Virus record (IMG/VR): IMGVR_UViG_3300025133_000030
Location: 89,804 to 153,803 of that record
DNA length: 64,000 nucleotides
Direction: 5' to 3' (one strand)
DNA from: a virus
Shown: in pieces, positions 9,495 to 21,700 of the stretch
Numbering within the stretch: position 1 is the stretch's first letter
Layout of the letters: every line of letters starts with the position of its first letter
Position numbers and translations under genes: made by a program
Notes under the pieces: generated by a model
What the model saw: the letters and a program-made list of their open reading frames with translations, nothing else
What the model was told of the DNA's origin: nothing
Databases searched by the model: none

Positions 9495-10275
9495 GGATTT
9501 TACAGAAGAGTTCGACAAATTGTTGGATAAATTGAAGACTGGTGAAAATTTTGCATTTGTTAGATTCTCTGATGGGGAAATGTTTATAATGCAGAATAAG
9601 CAGGTCACTTTAGCGGAAAACCACTTTGTAACTGGCGACAGAAAAGGCGCAGGCAGATACCCTGCAGAGGAACAAAAGGAGTTTCTACCAGAAAAGCATC
9701 AATTTTATAGAGAAAAATTAATAGATGCTTTAAAATTCTCAAAAGAGAATTATTTGAAGGGAATCTGCTGTAGGCAGGACGTAGGCGAAGAGGCATTTCA
9801 ATGGCAAAAGGATCTCGCCGGCGGAAACGAGGAAAATTTAACTTTTGCAAACCTACTCATAAACAACAACTATAAAAGATTTGTTGAAGAGTTGGTTCCA
9901 CTTTTGAGAGACAGGAAAGTTTTATATGTCGCTAACGAGGCAGCTGACACTGATCGGTTACCATTTGAGGTGAAAGAGGTTTTCTCTATTGGTTCTAATT
10001 GTATGATAGATGACTATCATGTAGTAGAAGAGGTAAAGGAATATATCGAAAAGAACAATATCAAAGACCACGTTATATTGTGTTCCGCGGCCAGTCTCAG
10101 TAACTACATCATTCATGAGTGCTTCAAGGAGAACTCGGAAAACACCTTTCTAGATATAGGCAGTTGTTTAAATCCCTATCTTGGATTAGAGGGGTGGAAA
10201 TATACGAGAGGATACTTGACACACTACTGGTTAAATAGCGGAAGTCCATATGGAACACAAATCGATACATGGTAG
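9487..10275 (+). CDS. GT-D fold-like glycosyltransferase (DUF1792-related)
   Basis: FAFVRFSDGE near the N-terminus and LDIGS near the C-terminus, typical of GT-D-like proteins; glycan-cluster context. Confidence 0.55.
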   Translation: MSKDFTEEFDKLLDKLKTGENFAFVRFSDGEMFIMQNKQVTLAENHFVTGDRKGAGRYPAEEQKEFLPEKHQFYREKLIDALKFSKENYLKGICCRQDVGEEAFQWQKDLAGGNEENLTFANLLINNNYKRFVEELVPLLRDRKVLYVANEAADTDRLPFEVKEVFSIGSNCMIDDYHVVEEVKEYIEKNNIKDHVILCSAASLSNYIIHECFKENSENTFLDIGSCLNPYLGLEGWKYTRGYLTHYWLNSGSPYGTQIDTW

Positions 10276-10672
10276 TCGTCTAACTCTCGTACCAAACGAG
10301 GAAAAGTATTACTCATTCATACTAAATCTCAGGAACAACCCTGAAGTAAAACAGGGCTTTATAAATCAAGATCACATAGATATAGAATCTCATTTTACAT
10401 TTATGAAAAACTATGGTAGTATGTATTACATATGCTTGCTCGACGGAACACCTGCTGGGTTTGTCGGTCAAATAGATAAAGATATAAGAATCGCAACACA
10501 CCCGGATTTTCAAGGCCGAGGTGTAGCGAGATTTATGATTGTAGAACTTATGAAGCTCCATCCTGACTCTATTGCTAAAGTAAAAGTGAAAAACCAAGCT
10601 AGCTTAAGGTTGTTTGAATCTTGTGGGTTTAAAAAGAGATATTTTATATTAGAGAAAGACAATGCTTCATAA
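10250..10672 (+). CDS. GNAT acetyltransferase (PseH/RimJ-like)
   Basis: HPDFQGRGVA acetyl-CoA motif, NQASLRLFESCGF, LRNNPEV. Confidence 0.85.
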   Translation: MEHKSIHGSRLTLVPNEEKYYSFILNLRNNPEVKQGFINQDHIDIESHFTFMKNYGSMYYICLLDGTPAGFVGQIDKDIRIATHPDFQGRGVARFMIVELMKLHPDSIAKVKVKNQASLRLFESCGFKKRYFILEKDNAS

Positions 10673-11282
10673 TCCGTACAAAATAGTCAAAATGTTTGAA
10701 GAGGAAGTAGCTCACTATACTGGTGCACCATATGCTGTCTCTGTTAATAGTTGCACCAACGCGCTGTTTTTGGCCTGTATGTACGAAGAAGTACAAGGAA
10801 AAGAAGTAACAATACCTCAAAGAACATACATCTCAGTTCCACAATCGATAATATTAGCTGGTGGTAATCTCTCTTTTGAAGATTCCGAATGGAGGGGCAT
10901 ATATCAACTGAAGCCGTTTCCCATTTTCGACGCGGCCAAAAGATTCACTTCTAACATGTATATTCCCGGCACTCACATGTGCTTATCCTTTCATATAAAA
11001 AAGCATTTAAAGATAGGCAAAGGTGGAATGATCTTGACAGATAATCCCGAGGCGGTAAAGTGGCTTAAGAAAGCACGATATGAGGGCCGTACAGAGGGTG
11101 TAAGGTACCAAGAGGATAATATTGATATGATGGGGTGGAATATGTATATGACTCCGATACAGGCCGCCCATGGGCTGTCCCTCATGCAAAACTATCCGCA
11201 AGATGTACCTGACATACTAGAAGAGCCGCCATATCCAGATCTAAAAAAATTCCAGCTATTTAAGGACGTACCAGTAAGATGA
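10662..11282 (+). CDS. DegT/DnrJ/EryC1/StrS PLP-dependent sugar aminotransferase (short form)
   Basis: FEEEVA, VNSCTNAL, DAA, SFHIKK (PLP lysine region), GKGGMILT, GWNMYM. Confidence 0.82.
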   Translation: MLHNPYKIVKMFEEEVAHYTGAPYAVSVNSCTNALFLACMYEEVQGKEVTIPQRTYISVPQSIILAGGNLSFEDSEWRGIYQLKPFPIFDAAKRFTSNMYIPGTHMCLSFHIKKHLKIGKGGMILTDNPEAVKWLKKARYEGRTEGVRYQEDNIDMMGWNMYMTPIQAAHGLSLMQNYPQDVPDILEEPPYPDLKKFQLFKDVPVR

Positions 11283-11977
11283 GTAAATTAATATTTGATA
11301 TAGGATGTAATCTAGGAGAATTCTTCGAAGCGTGTGTTCGAAAGTTTGGCCGAGACAATAGGTTTGTGGTTGTTGATGCAAACAAACAAATACTAGACTA
11401 TTGGTCTGCCCCGGGCATCGATGTGGTCAAAGTTAACGCAGTCGTCGCCAATGAGAGCGAAAGATCTGTACCATTTTTTATATCAATGGAGGATGGCATA
11501 TCCACAGCATCAGAAGATTTCATGCGCAATTCAAGATTTGCAAAAGGAAGTAAAAATCTTCCATTTGTTTCCAGATGGTGTGACCCTGTTTACGTGCCAA
11601 CAATCACCATAGATAAACTAATAGAACTGCACGGCACCCCAGATATAATTAAGCTTGATATAGAAGGTTATGAACTTCAAGCCCTTCTTGGCCTCACTAA
11701 AAAAGTAAATATGATATGTTTTGAGTGGAGTGAGGAGTTCCTCCCTGATTTAAAAAAGTGTATAAAGCACTTATCATCACTTGGGTACGAGAAGTTTGGA
11801 ACAATAGGGTACTTCGACGAATTGCCAAATGATCTACCTTTGACGCACCATGACGCAGGAGATCCGTACTTGGTGGAGCCAGACAACTACGTATCAGCTG
11901 CAACATTGGTTGAATCTCTTGAATCCGTATGTAATATAGATAGGAGAGTAAATTACGGAATGTGTTTTTGTAAATGA
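11279..11977 (+). CDS. FkbM-family SAM methyltransferase
   Basis: FDIGCNLG motif I; IKLDIEGYELQAL. Confidence 0.88.
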   Translation: MSKLIFDIGCNLGEFFEACVRKFGRDNRFVVVDANKQILDYWSAPGIDVVKVNAVVANESERSVPFFISMEDGISTASEDFMRNSRFAKGSKNLPFVSRWCDPVYVPTITIDKLIELHGTPDIIKLDIEGYELQALLGLTKKVNMICFEWSEEFLPDLKKCIKHLSSLGYEKFGTIGYFDELPNDLPLTHHDAGDPYLVEPDNYVSAATLVESLESVCNIDRRVNYGMCFCK

Positions 11978-12861
11978 TTACTTTTTCTGAATTGGGAAGA
12001 TATGGGAGGCTGGGAAATCAGTTATTCCAATATGCTGCAGTAAGGTCCTTGTCTTTGCAGAATGGTTATGAGTTGAAGATACCAGACCCATCAATGATGC
12101 ACTGGCATGGCCAACCGTGTCTATTGGGAGAATTTTCCATACCATGCGGATTCTTAGAAAAGACAGACGTTTCAAAAATAAAATATTTTTACGATGAGTC
12201 AGATCATATGAAGTATGATTTTAACTTCTATAAAATCCCAGACGCTACCAACGTCCGAGGCTTCTTTCAAAGTATGAAATATTTTGTAAAAAACGAAGAT
12301 CAAATAAAAAAAGAATTAACCCCGAAAAAGAATCATCTTGATGCAGCAAAACAAAAATTAAAATCATACAAGGACAAATACCCAGATCACAAAATAGTAA
12401 GTGTTCATCTCCGCCGCGGCGATAACACCAACCACACAAACCCCAGCAAAGAACTGAACAACATGTATGGAACAAGCCAGATGGATGAAGACTCCTTTTA
12501 CGGCGCCTATTTGAAAAAAGCATTTTCTGTATTTGCAAATCAGAATGTTAAGTATCTGATATTCTCAGGAGGTTCACGAGCTGAAGGCAATGATAACTCC
12601 AGCGACCTAGAATGGTGCAAACAAAATATCACAGGTGAAAATATCTTGATAGCAGATCCTGCATCGACTATAGAAGATTTTAGTCTAATTACTTCATGTG
12701 ATCACAACATTATATCACCAATTAGTAGTTTTGGTTGGTGGGCCGCATATGTAAACAACAACGAAAACAAGATAGTGGTAGCGCCTGAGCGCTACCACCC
12801 AGACATTCCAAATTACACACACAGAGAGGGTTTCTACCCGGAAACTTGGAGATTATTGTAA
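11974..12861 (+). CDS. Alpha-1,2-fucosyltransferase-like (GT11)
   Basis: GRLGNQLFQYA, GFFQS, VHLRRGD, SSFGWWAAY. Confidence 0.9.
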   Translation: MITFSELGRYGRLGNQLFQYAAVRSLSLQNGYELKIPDPSMMHWHGQPCLLGEFSIPCGFLEKTDVSKIKYFYDESDHMKYDFNFYKIPDATNVRGFFQSMKYFVKNEDQIKKELTPKKNHLDAAKQKLKSYKDKYPDHKIVSVHLRRGDNTNHTNPSKELNNMYGTSQMDEDSFYGAYLKKAFSVFANQNVKYLIFSGGSRAEGNDNSSDLEWCKQNITGENILIADPASTIEDFSLITSCDHNIISPISSFGWWAAYVNNNENKIVVAPERYHPDIPNYTHREGFYPETWRLL

Positions 12862-12862
12862 A

Positions 12863-14500
12863 ATGAGAGCAGCAGAAGTTAAAAAACCAGTAAGAATAGT
12901 CGGTTTTCATTCCGGCCATGATTGTGCATACTGTATATTGGAGGATGGAATTCCTATCATCCATGAAGAATATGAGAGAATCTCAAGAATAAAAGAAGGT
13001 AACGGCGACGCTTTAAAGCTATATTGGGAGAGACAAGAAGATCCTAAAGATATTCATTTTGCGCATGTAATGCACCAACCCGGTGGAGCAAAATCGATAT
13101 ATCCAGAATCATGGAACGCAATGAAGAAAATAGTTGAAACCAGCGGTGGTCTCTATTCTGAGCCGGGGCACCATCAAGCCCACGCTGCCAATGCGTTCTT
13201 TACTAGTGATTTTGACAAGTCTCTAATAATAACTTTTGATGCTGGAGGTTGGGATTATACCCACTACGTTTCTTCAAAACTCTACGGGGCAATTATGGAT
13301 GAGAAAAAGCCAGTAATCGTAACGACCTCAGCTTGGAGAGGGAAAGACAACATAATCTCACCAGTAATTTTGGAGCCGTGGACGGGTGTGAATATAGGGC
13401 ACCTGTGGCACGATATTTTAAATCCCGTGTTTGGATTGTCTAGCGGCTCCCCAAAGGGAAATCAGGCGGGCACGCTCATGGCCATGGCATCGGTTGGAGA
13501 CAAGTCCAAGTATCGCGATTTATTTAGGGACAATTTTCACCCAAATTATATATCGAATCATTTTGATTTCCTAAAGAAAGAACATGAGAATACAGAACAA
13601 GCCAAGTATGATATCGCAGCAGCGCTTCAAGATGTAACAGAAGAGGTAATAAAAACTTTTATATCTGATCATATCTCGCCTGAAGACAAAAATATTTGTT
13701 TGGCAGGTGGGGTTTCTCTGAATTCTGTAGCTATAGGTAAAATATATGAGTGGTTTCCCCAAATTGAAAACATTTTCGTCCCACCAGCGCCATATGACGC
13801 AGGTCTGGCCATCGGAGCAGCACAGTTTATGTACCATCAATTGATGGGATATCCTAGAATAAAGAATGGAGCTAACGCTTCTCCATATTTAGGGAAGACA
13901 TATAGCGAAAAAGATATATTGGAAGCGATAAATGACACGCAAGTAGAAATACAGAGCGTGGACTCCTCCGTAGACGACCTAGTAGAAAAACTTGCAGACG
14001 GGAAAATAGTATCAGTATTTGCCAGTGGATCTGAATCAGGACGCCGAGCATTGGGTAATAGAAGTATTCTAGCAGATCCAAGAAGACCAGACATGAAAGA
14101 TAAGATCAATGAAAAGGTTAAACACCGACAATGGTTCAGGCCATTTGCACCTAGCATTTTAGCTGAAGAGGTTAAGAATTGGTTTGTAAGAGACGTAGAT
14201 AGCCCTTACATGTCTGTCGTTATACCTTTCAAAGAAGACGTTGTAGACAAGGTACCTGCAGTTGTTCATTTGGATGGGACTGGACGCCTACAAACAGTCA
14301 CAGATAAAACTAATCCTTGGTATTATTCTTTCCTGAAAAAGTGGCACGGTCATTCTGGTGTGCCTATAATACTTAATACCAGTTTTAATGATAGGGAGCC
14401 AATTGTCGAAACTCCTCGTAACGCAATTGATTGTTTTCTCAAAACCAACATAGATTATCTATATTTTGTTGATTCTAAATTGATGATATCTAAAAAATAA
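12863..14500 (+). CDS. O-carbamoyltransferase (NodU/CmcH/TobZ family)
   Basis: GHD, EERISR-like, HHQAHA, AGGVSLN, DAGLAIGA, ALGNRSILADP, KHRQWFRPFAP, HLDGTGRLQTV, LNTSFN. Confidence 0.93.
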   Translation: MRAAEVKKPVRIVGFHSGHDCAYCILEDGIPIIHEEYERISRIKEGNGDALKLYWERQEDPKDIHFAHVMHQPGGAKSIYPESWNAMKKIVETSGGLYSEPGHHQAHAANAFFTSDFDKSLIITFDAGGWDYTHYVSSKLYGAIMDEKKPVIVTTSAWRGKDNIISPVILEPWTGVNIGHLWHDILNPVFGLSSGSPKGNQAGTLMAMASVGDKSKYRDLFRDNFHPNYISNHFDFLKKEHENTEQAKYDIAAALQDVTEEVIKTFISDHISPEDKNICLAGGVSLNSVAIGKIYEWFPQIENIFVPPAPYDAGLAIGAAQFMYHQLMGYPRIKNGANASPYLGKTYSEKDILEAINDTQVEIQSVDSSVDDLVEKLADGKIVSVFASGSESGRRALGNRSILADPRRPDMKDKINEKVKHRQWFRPFAPSILAEEVKNWFVRDVDSPYMSVVIPFKEDVVDKVPAVVHLDGTGRLQTVTDKTNPWYYSFLKKWHGHSGVPIILNTSFNDREPIVETPRNAIDCFLKTNIDYLYFVDSKLMISKK

Positions 14501-14501
14501 T

Positions 14502-14530
14502 TTGTATATCCGCGCAACTTGTGCTATAAT
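14502..14530 (+). promoter_or_regulatory. Sigma70-type promoter with extended -10
   Basis: TTGTAT (14502-14507), 17-nt spacer, TGc-TATAAT (14525-14530); GAGG RBS and ATG at 14554. Confidence 0.75.
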
Positions 14531-14553
14531 GATTTCAACAATGAGGTCTTAAC

Positions 14554-15509
14554 ATGAGTATATTTTGGAAAAATAAAAAAGTATTGGTAACTGGTGCCCA
14601 TGGCTTTGTGGGTAAGAATTTAGTCGAACTTTTACTAGAGAAGAAAAAAGCAGTCGATTTCGAGTTGCTTATGCCGACGCACGAAGAGTTAGATCTTACA
14701 AGAGAGATCGAGGTTAATTCTTATTTTGAATTAAATAAGCCAAACATTGTGTTGCACTTAGCAGGCAAGGTCGGAGGAATTGGAATAAACAAAGCCAAAC
14801 CTGCCGAGTTCTTTTATGATAACATCATGATGGGCACCTTGGTCATGGACCAGTCCTGTAAGCATGGTGTTGAGAAGGTGGTGGCTCTCGCCGCCGGATG
14901 TGGTTACCCAAAGATGCTAGAAGTGCCCTACACAGAAGAGGACTTTTGGCGCGATCTTCCTGATGAAAATTCAATTGGATACTCTATGGCCAAGAAGAAT
15001 TTAATCATACAGTCTTGGACGTATAGAGAGCAATACGGGTTCAATTCAGTTGTATTACTTCCCGCTAATTTATATGGCCCACATGATAATTTTAATTTGG
15101 AGACTTCTCATGTCGTCCCAGCATTAATTAGAAAGTTTGTTGAAGCAGAAGAATCCGGAAATGATGTTGTTAGTGTTTGGGGCACCGGAGAGGCTTCGAG
15201 GGAATTCTTGTATTCTAAAGATACTGCGCAAGCAATATTGGATATCGCTGAGCGGGTTCATGAATCTGGGCCATTTAATTTGGGCACCGGTACAGAGACG
15301 AGTATAAGAGATTTAGTACTCTCAATAAAGAAGGTTACTGGATATACGGGAAATATTGCTTGGGATTCGTCTAGGCCAGACGGCCAGCCCCGGAGATTTT
15401 ACGACATGTCTAAATTTAAAAAAGCCTTGGGGTACGTGCCAGACACTTCCGTAGAGGATGGCCTAACTAAGACCGTAAAGTGGTTTAAGGAAAATAGAGA
15501 TAAAATAAA

Positions 15510-15513
<4 letters not shown>
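14554..15513 (+). CDS. fcl: GDP-L-fucose synthase-like SDR
   Basis: TGAHGFVG, ELDLT, LAGKVGGI, YSMAK, PANLYGPHDNF, SHVVPALIRK, WGTG..SREF, PDGQPR. Confidence 0.82.
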
Positions 15514-17752
<2,239 letters not shown>

Positions 17753-17775
<23 letters not shown>

Positions 17776-18112
17776 GCACGTAGATAAAGGGTGGGGCTAT
17801 GAAAAATGGATAGTAAACAAGCCAGAGTATTGCGGAAAGTTGTTGTTTTTTAGCGCTGGAAAAAAGTGTTCTTGGCATTTTCACAAACTTAAAGATGAAG
17901 TTTTTTATATACAATCTGGAAAGATTTTGGTAAAATATAGTGATCACGACGATATAAGCGAAGCCAAAGAGATAATACTAAATCCGGGAGACAATTTTCA
18001 TGTGTATGTTGGATTGAGACACCAAATGGTTGCGTTAGAAGATACAGAGTTGTTCGAGTTTTCAACACAACATTTTGACGCAGATAGTCACAGAATTCAA
18101 AAGGGGGACTAA
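17753..18112 (+). CDS. Cupin-domain protein (sugar isomerase-like)
   Basis: KGWGYEKWI, SWHFHKLKDE and RHQM metal-binding cupin motifs; ATG 17753 preferred over TTG 17732. Confidence 0.78.
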
Positions 18113-18514
18113 GTGAGAAAATACCTACCAACTCTATCAGAATTGATAGATAGATTATCAATAGCACAACTCAAGGAGGTGTTCATAATAGATCACAAGG
18201 ATGAATACTCCCAAGAGATATCAGACATTTGCCACGACATCGACCTGATATTATCAGACTCAGAGGAAGTCACAGCAGATACTATCCGTGCAATAGTGGT
18301 TTTGTCTCAAATGAACCTGCACATCTGGCATAATGAATCAAATTACAGAAAAGGCATCAAAGATGGCAACAACCTTGAACTAACTCACGGGTTAAATGGA
18401 ATTAGAAATACAGCTAAAAATAAAATTCAAGAAGTTGTCGGAGGGCGAAAAGATTACAAGATTGATTGTCTTGCAGCAGAATTCAAAGATTGGGAAATAA
18501 GTTGGAAAAAATAA
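18113..18514 (+). CDS. Helical protein of a type associated with glycosyltransferase loci (DUF6165/DUF4254-like)
   Basis: LSELIDRLSI, N..IW..E and N..RN..KN.I pattern. Confidence 0.5.
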   Translation: MRKYLPTLSELIDRLSIAQLKEVFIIDHKDEYSQEISDICHDIDLILSDSEEVTADTIRAIVVLSQMNLHIWHNESNYRKGIKDGNNLELTHGLNGIRNTAKNKIQEVVGGRKDYKIDCLAAEFKDWEISWKK

Positions 18515-18798
18515 CACTTAAGGAATATTATAAATATTATTTAACCCTTCACGATAATCATATGTGTCGAAGAATGCATTTTATAGGCCAACTTGCAACA
18601 ATAATTTATATAATAGTGGCGATCCCGCAGAGTTTATTTCTGTTGCTTTTAGCTCCTTTTGTAGTTTATCCATTTGCATGGTATGGCCACTTTCGTTATA
18701 TGGGCAATACTCCAGCAGCCTTCACCGACCCAATTAAGGCAAAAATCTGCGATTGGATTATGTTCAGAGACATTATAACAGGAAAGTTGTCAGTATAA
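18502..18798 (+). CDS. DUF962/Mpo1-like small membrane protein
   Basis: YYLTLH....RRMHFIG, AWYGH, N.PA.F; two hydrophobic segments; start uncertain (TTG 18502 or TTG 18466). Confidence 0.65.
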   Translation: MEKITLKEYYKYYLTLHDNHMCRRMHFIGQLATIIYIIVAIPQSLFLLLLAPFVVYPFAWYGHFRYMGNTPAAFTDPIKAKICDWIMFRDIITGKLSV

Positions 18799-18799
18799 G

Positions 18800-19543
18800 A
18801 TGAGAGTATTGGTTATAGGCGATAGTTGTCTGGATGTATATAAATATGGAGAGTGCGATAGGTTATGTCCTGCTGCTCCTGTGCCTGTGTTTGTGCCTCT
18901 GAATGAGAAGAGGAATTACGGCATGGCAGGGAATGTCTACAATAACTTAGAATCCTTAGGAGTAGCGTGCGACTTGGTTACAAATCAAGAGCAAGTACTT
19001 AAAACCAGATTTGTCGATATATCATCAAACCACATGATAATGAGGATGGATCTAGGAGAGTCAGAAGTCAAACGAGTCTCAAATCTTCACAGGAGGTCGC
19101 TGAGTACCTTTGGTACAATAATAATATCAGATTATGATAAAGGTTTTTTAACCAGAGACGATATTAAGTTCATATGCGAAAATAACTCAAATGTTTTTAT
19201 TGATACAAAGAAGATATTAGGCAATTGGTGCAGGGATGCTAGGTTTATAAAAATAAACCACCACGAATATAAAAGATCTATTCATTTTATAGAGGAAAAT
19301 GATTGGGTACAAGAAAAGTTAATAATAACAAGAGGCTCTTCCGGTGCGGAACATAGGAATGAAACTTTTCCTGTAGAAAAGGTCGAAATTAAAGACCTTA
19401 CAGGAGCAGGAGACACTTTCCTAGCAGGGTTAGTCTGTCAATTTGTCAAAACAGAAGACATAAGTGGATCTATAATTTTTGCGAATGAGTGTGCAACAAA
19501 AGTAGTACAACAAAAGGGGGTTAACATATGTGGCGCAAAATAG
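18800..19543 (+). CDS. hldA: Heptose-7-phosphate kinase (HldE/RfaE kinase domain, PfkB family)
   Basis: [39 protein letters not shown]. Confidence 0.85.
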   Translation: MRVLVIGDSCLDVYKYGECDRLCPAAPVPVFVPLNEKRNYGMAGNVYNNLESLGVACDLVTNQEQVLKTRFVDISSNHMIMRMDLGESEVKRVSNLHRRSLSTFGTIIISDYDKGFLTRDDIKFICENNSNVFIDTKKILGNWCRDARFIKINHHEYKRSIHFIEENDWVQEKLIITRGSSGAEHRNETFPVEKVEIKDLTGAGDTFLAGLVCQFVKTEDISGSIIFANECATKVVQQKGVNICGAK

Positions 19544-19932
19544 AAGAGAAGAATGTCTGGGTAAACGGATGTTTTGATGTTCTCCATCGCGGCCACATAG
19601 AAATGCTTAAATACGCGAAAAGTCTTGGAACTCATTTGACAGTCGGCATAGACTCTGATAATAGAGTTAAGTTAGCAAAAGGGCCCAACAGACCTTTTAA
19701 TACTGAAGAAGATAGAAAATATATGTTAGAATCTATAAGCTGCGTAAATAAAGTTGTCGTTTTTGACACCGATGAAGAACTTAAGGAAAATATAAGAGAG
19801 AGCAATTCTTCCCTTATGATCGTAGGTTCGGATTGGCAAGGAAAAAAAGTGATAGGCGAAGAACTAGTAGAAAGCGTTTCTTTTTTCGATAGAGTTGGAG
19901 ACTATTCCACTACAAAGATATTAGAATCATGA
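19528..19932 (+). CDS. hldC: Heptose-1-phosphate adenylyltransferase (HldE/RfaE domain II, cytidylyltransferase fold)
   Basis: [32 protein letters not shown]. Confidence 0.85.
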   Translation: MWRKIEEKNVWVNGCFDVLHRGHIEMLKYAKSLGTHLTVGIDSDNRVKLAKGPNRPFNTEEDRKYMLESISCVNKVVVFDTDEELKENIRESNSSLMIVGSDWQGKKVIGEELVESVSFFDRVGDYSTTKILES

Positions 19933-20879
19933 AATTGATAGTAGTAACAGGTTGCTTAGGGTTTATTGGGTCTCAAATCACTAGAGATTGCTTATCTAGG
20001 GGTTGGCGAGTTTATGGCATAGATAAGTTAACATACGCTGCAAACACAACATTATTAGACGAATTTTCGGAAAATGAAAACTTTTCCTTTGAGTTGAAGG
20101 ATATTTGTGAATTAAAAAGCATACCAGATTGCGACTACGTGATCAATACCGCAGCAGAAACCCATGTAGGTAACAGTATTATTGATAGCACTGAGTTCAC
20201 AAAATCCAATGTAGAGGGAACCAGAAATATTCTAGATATAATAAGAGCAAAGCCAAGCAACATATCAGAAAAGCCAGTTTTGTTACATTTTAGCACTGAT
20301 GAGGTATACGGGGACATAACCTCAGGTGCTCACACCGAGAAAGATCTGTTAAATCCAAGTAATCCGTATTCTGCTTCAAAGGCTGCAGCAGATCTCATGA
20401 TAACTGCATGGTCAAGAACATATGGTTTAGATTATGTAATCGTCAGGCCCACAAATAATTATGGGAATTATCAATACCCTGAAAAATTGATCCCTCTATC
20501 TGTTAAACACCTGCAACGGGGGAAAAAAATACAACTTCACGAAGCAGGAGAGCCAGTAAGAAACTGGCTACATGTGGAAGACACGTCAGCAGCTATATTG
20601 CAAATAATAGATAGCAACCAGAGAAACCAAATATTTAATATCTCAGGCGGATTCGAGCAAAAAAATGCAGAAACTGTTAGAAAGATAATTAATTCCTTTT
20701 TTGAGAGTAAAGTCAAATGGAAGCGGTATGTCGACCTAGAGCACACTCGTTTGGGTCAAGACGTGAGGTACTCTTTAGACGATTCTAAAATAAGATCAAT
20801 TGGCTGGTCACCAGTTAAGAAATTCGACCAAGAAATAGTAAAAATAGTTAACTTTTACAAAGAAAATTTCAGATGGTAA
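19929..20879 (+). CDS. rmlB: dTDP-glucose 4,6-dehydratase
   Basis: [55 protein letters not shown]. Confidence 0.9.
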   Translation: MKLIVVTGCLGFIGSQITRDCLSRGWRVYGIDKLTYAANTTLLDEFSENENFSFELKDICELKSIPDCDYVINTAAETHVGNSIIDSTEFTKSNVEGTRNILDIIRAKPSNISEKPVLLHFSTDEVYGDITSGAHTEKDLLNPSNPYSASKAAADLMITAWSRTYGLDYVIVRPTNNYGNYQYPEKLIPLSVKHLQRGKKIQLHEAGEPVRNWLHVEDTSAAILQIIDSNQRNQIFNISGGFEQKNAETVRKIINSFFESKVKWKRYVDLEHTRLGQDVRYSLDDSKIRSIGWSPVKKFDQEIVKIVNFYKENFRW

Positions 20880-20898
20880 AACTAACAAAGGAGTTAAA

Positions 20899-21129
20899 AT
20901 GAAACTTTCAAATCAAGCAATAGGAGCACTTATGATGGCTCTTCAGAAGTGCATCATGGAACAGATCGACATCGTGGAAATCTTACAGGATTTTGAATTG
21001 GACACAAATGCAGATAACCAGATAGTGGTAAGTAATTCTCCACTTATCTCAGCACCAACAACCACAGATTTAAAAGAGCAAGCATCAGCGTTTGCCGATG
21101 AGACCAACAGTACTGTTGGTTCAGATTGA
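20899..21129 (+). CDS. Hypothetical protein
   Basis: Strong AAGGAG RBS; coupled to the next gene by TGATG. Confidence 0.7.
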   Translation: MKLSNQAIGALMMALQKCIMEQIDIVEILQDFELDTNADNQIVVSNSPLISAPTTTDLKEQASAFADETNSTVGSD

Positions 21130-21383
21130 TGCCGAAGTATTTCTATCGGTGTAGTTCATGTGAAAATGAATTAGAAGTTTACCACTCTATGAGTGAAAAG
21201 CTTAAAGATTGCAAGGAGTGTGAGACATCCGGGTCTCTAGTCCGTGTGCCATCGCTAGCTGGCACGACAAAGTTTGTAAAATCTTCACCCACCAAAGCCG
21301 GCGCAGTCGTACGCCAGTTTATAGAAGACGCTAAGGCAGACCTTAAATATCAAAAGAAAGAAGCAAAAAAGGAGGGCTTGTAA
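21129..21383 (+). CDS. FmdB-family zinc-ribbon protein
   Basis: MPKYFYRCSSC...CKEC...L.R pattern. Confidence 0.8.
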   Translation: MPKYFYRCSSCENELEVYHSMSEKLKDCKECETSGSLVRVPSLAGTTKFVKSSPTKAGAVVRQFIEDAKADLKYQKKEAKKEGL

Positions 21384-21700
21384 TGTTATACGTCATGTTG
21401 GGTATATCTTTGGTAGCTAATATTGGATTTATATTATATTTAAAGGTTGTATTACAGAAATTATACTTTGTGTCTGAAAATATATCAACCTTGTTATCGA
21501 TGGTATCACAATACGGCTCACACCTAGGTATAATTAGTGAATCTGAAATGTACTATGGAGACGAAAGTTTGCAGGCCCTTCAGGATCACACTAAGATGAT
21601 ATTAGAGGAAATTGAAGAGTACAAGGAAATATATTCTCTCTTTGACAGTGATATAGATATAGAAGCAGAACAGTCAGAACAGGAGAGTCCAGATGCCTAG
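21383..21700 (+). CDS. Hypothetical protein with N-terminal transmembrane helix and acidic tail
   Basis: Hydrophobic first ~22 aa; GGAGG RBS; TAATG coupling. Confidence 0.65.
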   Translation: MLYVMLGISLVANIGFILYLKVVLQKLYFVSENISTLLSMVSQYGSHLGIISESEMYYGDESLQALQDHTKMILEEIEEYKEIYSLFDSDIDIEAEQSEQESPDA

